12,595 nucleotides of DNA from a bacterium. GTDB taxonomy: Bacteria > Eisenbacteria > RBG-16-71-46. This document shows, piece after piece, positions 1 through 9,000 of the stretch (the first letter of the stretch is position 1; each line of letters opens with the position of its first letter). Location of the stretch: the NCBI GenBank assembly GCA_043779265.1, contig JAYWEM010000046.1, positions 1 to 12,595 of the forward strand, read 5' to 3'. The notes beneath the pieces are model-generated. The model searched no databases, was not told where the DNA came from, and saw only the letters and a list, made by a program, of their open reading frames with translations. The position numbers were made by a program, and so were the translations under genes.

Positions 1-1376
1 TCCGCGGCTTCGGCCGCTGCAAGCCCCGGATCGTCGTCGCTCTCGGGCGACGCTTCCATCTCCGGGGTGTACTCCATCTCCGCGCCATCCGGGCTCGTGG
101 CGGCAGGCGCCGGAGCATGGGTCGCGAGGTACTCGTGTGCGGTCGCCATCACCTTCTCGGCGGTCTTCTCGCCGAAGCCGGGGATCTCGATCAACCGTTC
201 CATCGGAATCGCGAGCAGTTCGTGGACCGTCTCGATCCCAGCGCCGATCAACTTCTCCGTCGTCGCGTCCCCGAGCCCGAGAGCCTCCACCTCGACGCGC
301 GTGGCACGCTCGAGCTCGACGCGCTGCTTCTCATCCGACTTGGAGATCAAATCGATCTTCCAGCCGGTGAGTCGCGCAGCGAGCCGGGCATTCTGGCCGC
401 CCTTGCCGATGGCGAGCGACAACTGATCGTCTGCGACGATGACGGTCATCTTGAACTCTTCCTCGTTCGCCTTCACGTCCATGACGCGGGCCGGCTGCAG
501 CGCCCGGGAGACGAAGACCGAGGCATCCCCCGACCACGGCACGATGTCGATGCGCTCGCCGCCCAGTTCGCGCACGATGCTCTGCACGCGCGAGCCCTTG
601 AGCCCGACGCACGAACCGACGGCGTCGACGCGCGGGTCGTTCGAGAACACGCTGATCTTGCTGCGCGAGCCGGCTTCGCGGGCGACGGCCTTGACCTCGA
701 CGGTGTTGTCGGAGATCTCCGGCACTTCGCTCTCGAACAGGCGGCGCAGGAAGTCGGGATGGGTGCGCGACAGGATGACCTGCGGCCCCTTCGCCGACTT
801 GTCGACGTTGATCACCACGGCCCGGACGTACTCACCCGAGCGATGGTAGGAGCGCGGGATCTGCTCGCGTGGAGGCAGCAGGCCGTCCGTCGCGGCGAAT
901 CCCTCGCTGACTCCCAGCTTCACGATCACATTTCCGCGATCCACCTGCTGCACGGTGCCGCGCACGAGCACGCCGATCTTGTCGGAATACTCCTGGAACA
1001 CCTTGTCGCGCTCCGCCTCGCGAACCCGCTGGATCAGCACCTGCTTCGCGGTCTGGATCGCGTTACGACCGAACTCGGCGATCGGCAGCGGGATCAGGAT
1101 GACGTCGCCGATCTGGACATCCGCCTTGTGCGGTCGGGCCATCTCGATCGTCCACTGGAACGCCTCATCCTCGACCGTCTCGACCACCGTGTGGCGCAGA
1201 GCACACTCGAGTCGGCCCGCCGCGGGATCGAAGTTCACGACCACATCCGCCGTGGGCCCGTGCTTGCGTCGCACGGCACTCGCCAGTCCCTGCTCGAGCG
1301 TCTCGATCAGCATCTGCCGGTCGACGCTCTTCTCGCGCGTGATGGCGCTCAGCGCATCCAGGATCTCGTTGCTCAT
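1..1376 (-). CDS. nusA: Transcription termination/antitermination factor NusA (3' end outside the window)
   Basis: Manual translation from ATG at 1376 gives MSNEILDALSAITREKSVDRQMLIETLEQGL..., FGRNAIQTAKQVLIQRVREAER, S1 region ending QVILSRTHPDFLRRLFESEVPEI, KH motifs AREAGSRSKI, DAVGSCVGLKGSRVQSIVRELGGERIDI and LSLAIGKGGQNARLAARLTGWKIDL, then an HhH-like segment LIEIPGFGEKTAEKV. The frame is open to position 3 (458 codons). SD GGAGGAG upstream and TGATG overlap with the rimP stop. Confidence 0.97.
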   Translation of the reverse strand, partial: MSNEILDALSAITREKSVDRQMLIETLEQGLASAVRRKHGPTADVVVNFDPAAGRLECALRHTVVETVEDEAFQWTIEMARPHKADVQIGDVILIPLPIAEFGRNAIQTAKQVLIQRVREAERDKVFQEYSDKIGVLVRGTVQQVDRGNVIVKLGVSEGFAATDGLLPPREQIPRSYHRSGEYVRAVVINVDKSAKGPQVILSRTHPDFLRRLFESEVPEISDNTVEVKAVAREAGSRSKISVFSNDPRVDAVGSCVGLKGSRVQSIVRELGGERIDIVPWSGDASVFVSRALQPARVMDVKANEEEFKMTVIVADDQLSLAIGKGGQNARLAARLTGWKIDLISKSDEKQRVELERATRVEVEALGLGDATTEKLIGAGIETVHELLAIPMERLIEIPGFGEKTAEKVMATAHEYLATHAPAPAATSPDGAEMEYTPEMEASPESDDDPGLAAAEAA

Positions 1377-1900
1377 CAGGCTCCTCCCCGTGGTCGCTCC
1401 GCCTTCGGGGGGCGCGCCGCCTTCTCGCGGCGCAGCGCCTCCAGGGGATCCACCACAAGCCGAGCCGAGCGGACCTCGGCCCATTCGAACCACTGTTCGT
1501 CACCATCGTCGGCTCGGACGCCCGGACGACCCCTGTCGTCCGGCCCGATCAGCTCGCCATCGAAGCGCCGCCGACCATCCCGCAACTCATGGGTGTGCAC
1601 CGACACGCGGGTTCCCGAGAAGCGCTGGACGTGCTCGAGGGTCCGGATGGGACGATCGAGCCCGGGCGAGCTCACCTCGAGGAGGTAGCGACTCGGGATC
1701 GTCTGGTTCATATCCAGCGCATCGGCCAGGCGCCGACTGAAGCGGGCGCAATCCTGGAGCGACACGCCGCCCTGCCGGTCGAGGAAGACACGGATGATCC
1801 GCGTCTTCCCCTGAGATGCCTGTTCGACGTCGACCACCTCGTACCCGTCGTCCTCGGCAAGAGGCACGGCGAGCTGGCGAACTTCTTCTCGGACTTCCAC
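1376..1900 (-). CDS. rimP: Ribosome maturation factor RimP (about 174 aa)
   Basis: Motifs IIRVFLDRQGGVSLQDCARFSR and YLLEVSSPGLDRPI, in the canonical position upstream of nusA. Start moved from the ORF-track 1990 to the in-frame GTG at 1900 (MEVREEV...), which has GGGAG 9 nt upstream and lies downstream of the promoter and leader hairpin. Confidence 0.95.
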   Translation of the reverse strand: MEVREEVRQLAVPLAEDDGYEVVDVEQASQGKTRIIRVFLDRQGGVSLQDCARFSRRLADALDMNQTIPSRYLLEVSSPGLDRPIRTLEHVQRFSGTRVSVHTHELRDGRRRFDGELIGPDDRGRPGVRADDGDEQWFEWAEVRSARLVVDPLEALRREKAARPPKAERPRGGA

Positions 1901-1924
1901 TTTCGGCTGCTCCCACAAAGACGG

Positions 1925-1954
1925 AAAAGGAGTGGTCGCACCTGCCCCACTCCT
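1925..1954 (-). promoter_or_regulatory. rimP-leader-type hairpin with short U tract
   Basis: Minus strand AGGAGTGG-(11 nt loop)-CCACTCCT-TTT: perfect 8-bp stem (1947-1954 pairing with 1928-1935) ending in a 4-U run (1928-1925), about 25 nt before the rimP start. Resembles the GAGTGG...CCACTC-TTTT hairpin commonly found upstream of rimP. Confidence 0.75.
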
Positions 1955-1961
1955 GACCGCC

Positions 1962-1990
1962 AAGCTAACCGATGGGGGATGCGGAGGCAA
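1962..1990 (-). promoter_or_regulatory. Putative sigma70-type promoter of the rimP-nusA operon
   Basis: Minus strand TTGCCT (1990-1985), exactly 17 nt spacer, TAGCTT (1967-1962, TAnnnT). Predicted +1 near 1954-1955, at the 5' base of the leader hairpin. Confidence 0.6.
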
Positions 1991-1998
1991 GGTGCGTG

Positions 1999-2019
1999 GC
2001 TCTTGCGTGTGCTCTTGCG
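1999..2019. repeat. Short direct repeat GCTCTTGCG x2
   Basis: Identical 9-mers at 1999-2007 and 2011-2019 (12-bp period), intergenic, just upstream of the putative -35 box. Confidence 0.5.
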
Positions 2020-2049
2020 ACCCATCTCCGACAAGTCGATGGCATCAGC

Positions 2050-2070
2050 ACGGTTCGCTGTCCGAACCGT
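2050..2070 (-). other. Stem-loop immediately after the M28/QC stop codon (no U tract)
   Basis: Inverted repeat ACGGTTCG (2050-2057) / CGAACCGT (2063-2070) with a 5-nt loop, 4 nt after the stop at 2075. Confidence 0.4.
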
Positions 2071-2074
2071 TCGG

Positions 2075-2989
2075 TCAGGGCCTCGCCAGCGGGCTCCGGT
2101 AGAGGATCCAGGCGCCCACCCGAGCGACCTCGGCGAGGCTCGCCGCCGACGTCCGGTCGGGCAGGTCCGAGGCCGTATGCCATGCCGGATAGTCGAAATC
2201 GATGATGTCGACGCAAGGCAGGCCGGCATCCAGCAGGGGGACATGGTCGTCCATCACCGTGTAGCCCACTTCATCATGGAACGATCGCGCCCCGGTCGCC
2301 CGGGCCGCCTCCAGGACGAGCGCGACGAGATTCGAGGCCCGTCGCTGTGAGTTCCCTTCCACCCTGATATCGAGGTCGGCGTCGCCGACCATGTCGAACA
2401 GGAACCCCGCGATCGGTCTGGCAGGGTCCCCCGAGGGTGGCAGGCGCAGTGCATACCCCCTCGCTCCCAGGCAGAATTCGTCCGCCCGATCGGCGGCTCC
2501 GAGGTCTTCGCCGTCGAAGAACACGAGGTCGACGCCGATCCGGGGCGCCTTCGCGTGCATCAGCTCGGCCAGTTCGAGCAGTACGGCCACGCCACTGCCC
2601 GCGTCGTTCGCGCCGAGCACGGGTTCACCTCTTCGTGCGGGGTCGGGATCCTGATCGGCGAAGGGACGGGTGTCGAAGTGCGCGCAGAACAGGATGCGCC
2701 GGCCGCCGTCGGGGCCGAAGCGACCGATCACGTTGGTCAGCGGCAGCGGGCGGCCGAGCGTCGAGTCGACGAAGGACTGCCGCTCGACCTTGCCACCGCA
2801 CCGCTCGAGGTTCTCCACGATCCAGATGCGCGCGCGCTCGTTACCCTCGGTCCCCGAGATCCGTGGCCCCATCGCGACCTGTTCGACTATGCGAGCCTGC
2901 ATGCGATCGCCATCGACTGCGATCGGCGACTCGCATCCGGAGAGCAGCATCGCCACCACACCCATCAGAACCGGGCCCACGCGCTTCAT
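2075..2989 (-). CDS. M28-family zinc protein, lipoprotein; probable type II (animal-like) glutaminyl cyclase
   Basis: Lipobox LSG-C19 after a short basic/hydrophobic leader. M28 motifs CAHFDTRP (H104), GANDAGSG (D129), FFDGEDLG (E161/D162), FDMVG (D199), DDHVP (D247/D248) and WHT (H271). Segments HxDTRPxADxDPDP, FCLGA and PCVDII match what I recall of Bacteroidota QC-like proteins. Strong SD AGGAGGT 5 nt before the ATG. M28 assignment is firm; QC activity is inferred. Confidence 0.85.
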   Translation of the reverse strand: MKRVGPVLMGVVAMLLSGCESPIAVDGDRMQARIVEQVAMGPRISGTEGNERARIWIVENLERCGGKVERQSFVDSTLGRPLPLTNVIGRFGPDGGRRILFCAHFDTRPFADQDPDPARRGEPVLGANDAGSGVAVLLELAELMHAKAPRIGVDLVFFDGEDLGAADRADEFCLGARGYALRLPPSGDPARPIAGFLFDMVGDADLDIRVEGNSQRRASNLVALVLEAARATGARSFHDEVGYTVMDDHVPLLDAGLPCVDIIDFDYPAWHTASDLPDRTSAASLAEVARVGAWILYRSPLARP

Positions 2990-3004
2990 CCACGACCTCC
3001 TCGA

Positions 3005-6000
3005 TCAGAACGTGAACTGCGCCCGCAGCTCGACCCGGACGCTGCGGCGGATGATGCCCTTGGTCTGGTCGCGGTTCTCCGAGAAGCCCAGCGCGAGGTT
3101 GCCGGTCACGTTGCTGCTGAATCCATACGAACCGCTGCCGTTGACGGAGAGCCGCGTCTCATCGATCGGACTCAGCTCGCCTCCGGTGTCGAGCAGCAAC
3201 GTCCCGGCGCGGCGACGCGAGACCGATGTCGCCAGCTGCACGTTGATATTGCTTCGAACCGTGCTCGTCTTGCCGAGGAAGGTGACTTTCTGACCCTGTG
3301 AATAACTCCGGCTGACCGTGAAGCTGACATCGGTGTTGGAATCGGTCTGCCTCGAGTTGCCCGGAAAACGCTCCTCGCTGCGCGTCGAACTGCGCTCGAG
3401 CTTGAAGTCCGCATCCGTGCCGTTCTTGAATCGTCCTCGCAGTGAGAGCAGGGGCCGGAAGTCGTGCCGGACCGACGTGCGGCGCGCCTGATCGCGGCTG
3501 TTCTGGTAGTTGACCGTGTGCGAGCGCGCGTACGCCGTTCGGATCGCTGGATTCTGGAGGAACTTCGTCAGACCGATCACCGTCGCGAGTTTGCCGTAGT
3601 CCAGCTCGAAGTCGGGGAATCGCCAATCGCGATCACGGCTCAGCACGGCATTCTGCGAGTTGGTCCGGTCCCCGTAGCTCACTCGGGCGGCGATCGCCGT
3701 GTTGAACGCCATCGGGATGCGCGTGCGACCATTGGCTCGCCAATCGAGCCCGGTGTTCGCGTTGTTCCCGAACTCGCGCACGATGCGCGTGGAGTCCTCG
3801 AACCCCGGATTCTCGGCGAGTCCGAGCAGATAGAGCGGATTCGCGTTGCCTCGCACGCGCGAGTAGGTGCTCGACCGATTGACCGTGAGGTCGGTGGAGA
3901 TGTTGCCGAGCCGGGCGACGGCGTCCTGCCAGCGGATGATGCGACGGAATCGAGGCTGCGGTGTCGTATCGCCGGCGGCCCGAACCGGAGCCACGGGAGA
4001 TGGCTTGGAGAAGCTCGTCTGGAACGGCAGCTCCATGCTGAATGTGGCGTTCTGGCCATTGCCGATGGAGCGCGTTCCGAGGTCACTCGAGAGCACGTCG
4101 CGATTCTCGTTGTAGAACGAATTCCACGACATCGTCGGCCGCATGAACGCTCCGCGATTCAGCGTCAATCGACCGTTCAGGCTCTGCCGCCACGACACGA
4201 GGAGCCCCAGATTGAGGCCGCCGACTCGATCGTTCTCACGATCCGGGAGATTCAGCGACAGATTGCGCCGGCCCTCGATACGGTGACTCAGGAAGTCGAA
4301 GGGCCGTGTGTCGGCCCCGAAGTCGAGGCCCGCGGCCCGTCCGCTGTTGCTGTTGGTGGGCAGCAGCGCTCCCGAGCCGTCGGTGGCTCGTGTGAACGAT
4401 TCGCTCGTCGTCTTGTTGACCGCGTAGTTCCAGTACACGCGCTCGGGCAGCGGGAAGAACCGCGTCTTCCCGACCCCGATCGGGAACTGCAGCAGATTGC
4501 GCGGCGCGATGGACCAACTCACGCCCCCGTTCACGATTTCGGAGCGTCCCAGCGCCTGCGGCGATCGGGAATCGGTGAGCGTGCGGCTGAGATTCGCGGT
4601 CATTCCCCCGACGGTGTAGCGAAGGAACGGATTCGAGCGCTCTCCCCATGCCCGCGAATAGGATGTGGAGAGCGAGCGCGAGATGTGGCGCTGCTCGCTC
4701 TGGGCCTGTTGAGCCCCCGTTCGGACGACGTCATCGCCGGCCGTGAATCGAGGGCGAGATGCGTTGTCGTTGTAGACCATACTGATGGGCAGCGAGATGC
4801 CGGTGCCCTCGAAGAAGCGATGCGTGTCGAATCGCGAGGTGAACGCGAGTTGCTGTGTGAGATTCCCCGAGCCACGGGTCTCACCGACGCTCAGGAACTC
4901 CGCTCCACGCTGATTCCAGGTCAGGTTGTAGTCGAGTAGGTTGGCGACACGCCCCTGGACGCCGAGTCGGTTGGCGAGCCCCATGTCCTTGGCCACCTCG
5001 GTGGCGCGCAGCTCGTTGAACCACAACTGGCCGCGATCGTAGCGGCGTCCGCCCGTGCCGCCCGGATCCGGATTCTGATTGAGGAGGCCGAACGAGATGC
5101 GCCTCAGTCGCGTGAACGAGGGGCGCCCCTTGATGATCAACGAGTCACCCGCGCCGCCGAGTGCAGCTCGATAGAGCACGTTGCCGGCCACCGGGAAGTC
5201 CGGAGCGAGCTTGAAGTTGGAGAGCTCGGTGAGCGTGGCGCGCACCTCCTCCCAACCGATCGAGAGCGGCGTCGAGTTGGAGGGGACGCGGCGTTTGACC
5301 TCGTAGTAGTCCGAGCCGCGCTCGTCGCCAGCGAAACGGACGAAGTAGTAGAGGAGCGTGTCCGCGCCGGAGGGTCCCGTGTAGCCCGAGATGTCGAAAC
5401 CGGCCGCATACCAATTGAGCACGCCGTAGCGGCTGTAGTTCTCCGGCAGCGAGAACGTACGGTAGGCCTCGAGCGTGTCGCCGGCGCCGAACGACGTGAA
5501 TTCGAGCGCCATGCTCTGCTCGCGACGGCTCAACGCCTGATTGCCATTGCGCGTCTCGCCCGGATCGAACGGCGGCAGGTAGGAGCCGGCATTGTCGATG
5601 GTGTTGACTGCGTTCAGGGTCATCGTCGTCTTGAGCAGGTCGCTCTGCTCGGCCGAGAGTGGCGTCGTCTGCCACCGGCTGCCGACGATCTCGATTCCCC
5701 CGAGCATCAGCAAGGGCGCGCGTACCGCAGCCGCCGTCGAATCGCTCTTCTGCACGCCGTCGATCCAGACGCGAACGTGACGGGCGATGGTGAGGTCGGG
5801 TGCGCCGAACTGGATCCGGAGACTGTCGGCGATCGGGATGCGATAGCGGCGCCAGCCGTTCTGGACGTCGGTGACCTGAGCCGGGAACTCCGTGCGGACG
5901 TCCGTGATCTGATACGGACTCGCCCCCTGGCCGAGATCGATCGTGTAGCGGAAGAAGCTCTCCTGCGTATCGAGACTCTGGTTGAGATTCAGGTCCTCGG

Positions 6001-9000
6001 AGTCGGGAATCGGGAACACCGCCTTGTTGCCCTCGGTGCCGTTCGTACCGCGATAGCGCCGCGGGTCGATCTCGCGGAATGCCTGGTCGATGTTGCTGAA
6101 GTCATCACCCTCGGGGTCGTTCCGACCACCGAGATCGACCGTGCTCAGGTCGGCCAGATCCGTCCGGCTTTCGTTCGCGGACAGGCGGTTGTCGAGTCCG
6201 GTGTCCTCGTTGTTGGATCCCGCGACGACGAGCTGATTGTCCCTCGGCGGCAGATCCTCGGTGTCGAGCATGCCGTTCGGCGGTCGGTTCGGCGCCCGCA
6301 TCTGATCCTCGCTCACCTCGCCAAGATCGACATGCAGTCGGACGCGGTCGCCTCGAATGCGATTGGTCGGAGCCGAAGGATCGTGGTGATCATTCAGGTC
6401 GTTCACCCACACCTCGATGAACTGCGATCGCGACAGATCGAGACCGACCTGATCGAGCGGATACGTGAGCCCCGCCCACAAAGTGTCGCCCTGCGCCCTC
6501 GTCCGCGGTTCGCGCGGGATCGTCATCGCCAGGACCTGGCGCGGGTTCTGCGCCCCCTGCGCGTCCTCCAGCGTCGGCTTGAGGTCACGCTCCTTGACGA
6601 CGTTGAGGGGCACGTACCACTGCAACTCCCCCTTGGATTTGCCCGCGGAGGACGTGATCGGCTCGCTGATCACCGCGCGGCCCTGTTGCACCAGCACGGG
6701 CACCGGCGGCACGCTCGAGGGTCGCCAGCGCTCGGGAGTCAGGGACAATGACACGGCGTCCCGAACTCCCTCCATGTCGTCGATGTAGACCTCGTTGCGG
6801 GTGTTCGGGTTCGGGAATGACGCTCCCACCTCGGCCTGCAGATTGAACTCCGAGGGCGTCGTGGTGCGGACTCCCGGCAAACGGTCGGCGATACGCGTGA
6901 GGAAGCCGGGCTTGAAGCGCCACTCGCTGTTGAGGTCGGTGATCAACGTTCGCGAGGGTTCCTCGCCGAGTCGCGGGCGGAGGTCCTGTGCGCCCTTGCT
7001 CTCGTAGAGGAAGGCGCCGCCGAGGCTCTTCTCGCGGCCCTCGAGCCGGAATGCGCTGCCGACCAGCGTTCGACCGGCCTGCTGGAACAGCGGCGCGAAT
7101 GCGTAGTCGATGTTGAGCTGATCCGTGGGACCCAACTGGCGACGCAGCGTCACGCGGCCCAGATCGTAGTCGATCGTGTAGTCGCGATCGCGCACCCAGC
7201 GCTCGCCGTTGACCACGACGGCCTCGGAGCCCTCGAGCAGGTTGCTGCGCCCGAGTGAAATGTCGCCGCCACCACGCGATGCCGCGAACTCGGCCATGAG
7301 GTAGTACGTCGCATCCGTGGATCGCAGGATGCCCTTGTCGTAGATGCCCGGGTTCCTGCCGTTCAAGGAGTCCGGTGGTCCGACGAGTCGGACGCGTCGG
7401 TCGAGATTCGCATTCATCAACTGATCGAACGGCTTGGCGTCCGCGCCCTGCAGTCGCGGTGCGAACGGCCGCGGCTCCGGGAAGAACAACACCCCATTGC
7501 GATAGTCCACGAACGCGCGCTGCCGCGAGTTGGGAGCCGTGCCGTCGACGATCCCATCATGGCCCGGCAACGACTGGCCGCTCGATTCATCGCGATTGTC
7601 GAGTCCCAGCACTTCGATGTAGGACACCTCGGTCCCGCCCGTGAACGGGACCGTGGTCCGAGGCGGATCGCTCTGCAACCGCCGAATCGCCAACTGGAAC
7701 GTCTTCGGGTCGATCCCGAATCCGTCGAGGTTGTAGAAGTTCTTCAGCTCGAGCTCACGCGTCCGGAAGAAAACGGCCGTCGTATCGAACAGGTCGCCAC
7801 CGCCGATCGACTGGAGCGTCCGCGGCGGCCTCAGGAGCTTGAGCGTCGTCGCCCCGGAGTCCGCCCCCGCAGCCAGGATCCTCCGACCGCCCACCTGGAT
7901 CGGCGGCCCGATCGCCTGACCGGTCGTCGGGTTGATCGGCGTCGCGCGATAGCTCACCGCGAGGATCTGATTGCTCGTCGGTTGGATCGGCTGCCTCAGC
8001 CGGAGCACCTTCAACGTGTAGGTCGTGAACGGATAGATGGTGTCGAGGATCTCGTACTGCTGGTCGGCGCCCGGGCGCAGCAGATCGAAGTTGCCTCGCA
8101 CGGACGTGTCCGCGGGAGTCGGAAGCGGCAAGCCGAAAGCGGCATCGGGATCGACCTGCGCCTTGCCCCGGAGCACGTTGATGTCGTTGCCGTAGTTGCC
8201 ATCGTCGAGGTACACGGACACGGTGGCGTCATCGATGTCGTAGAGGGCCCCATCGTTGGGGTCGTAGAAGAAGAAGTACTGCCCCTTGATGTAGTCGTAG
8301 TCCGGATACTCGCGGCTGATCTTCGAGGCCCCACCCGAGTAGGACGACCGCTCCGAGCGCCCCTCCTGCTTGCTCGCCAGCACCGTCAGGTCGAGCGGAC
8401 CGACGCGGGACGCGAGCTTCACGCCGAACAACCCCTCGTTCTTGCCGCTGTACGAGACGTACTGCGTGCCCGGCAGCGAGAGGCTCGTGTTGCCGAGATC
8501 GAGCGACTGGACGATGTCGTCCTCGTCGCCTCGGTAATTGATGGCGATGCGGTTGGCGAGTGGAATCTGATTGGCCGAGTTCTGCAGCAGGTTCACTTTG
8601 ATCCGGTCCGAGAGCTGCCCCTCGAGACGGATGTCGAGGTCCTGCTGCATGTCGAGCGAAGGGAAGAGCGACTGCCTCTGTCCCAGGAGTCCCGTCTGCT
8701 GGTTGGTCCAATTGCTGGTACCCGAGAGACGGATGCTCTCGGAGCCCGAGACATTCAGCGCCGGTCCGCCCGGGCCGAGGATGCTCTGCACGCGGCTCGG
8801 CAGCTTGACCGGGATCGGCAACGAGAGGCCCGCAGGCCGCGCGGCGGTGTGCTGCCCGAGCGTGTTGAGGTCCCTTCGATTCCGCTCGATCCATCGCTCA
8901 CGGAACGTGCGCCGCATGGCCTGGCGCGGGTACTCCTCGAGCGGGGTGCGGGAGGCACCGCCCAGCCGCACCTCGCCGATCTCGACCGAGCTCAGCAGAA

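Noticed and set aside
117..1688. 523-aa plus-strand ORF
   Set aside because: Antisense shadow of nusA/rimP. Long stop-free antisense frames are expected in GC-rich, codon-biased genes, and it has no recognisable motifs.
1901..1990. 30-aa N-terminal extension of RimP in the ORF track
   Set aside because: It overlaps the predicted promoter and leader hairpin; GTG at 1900 has an SD and gives a normal RimP length.
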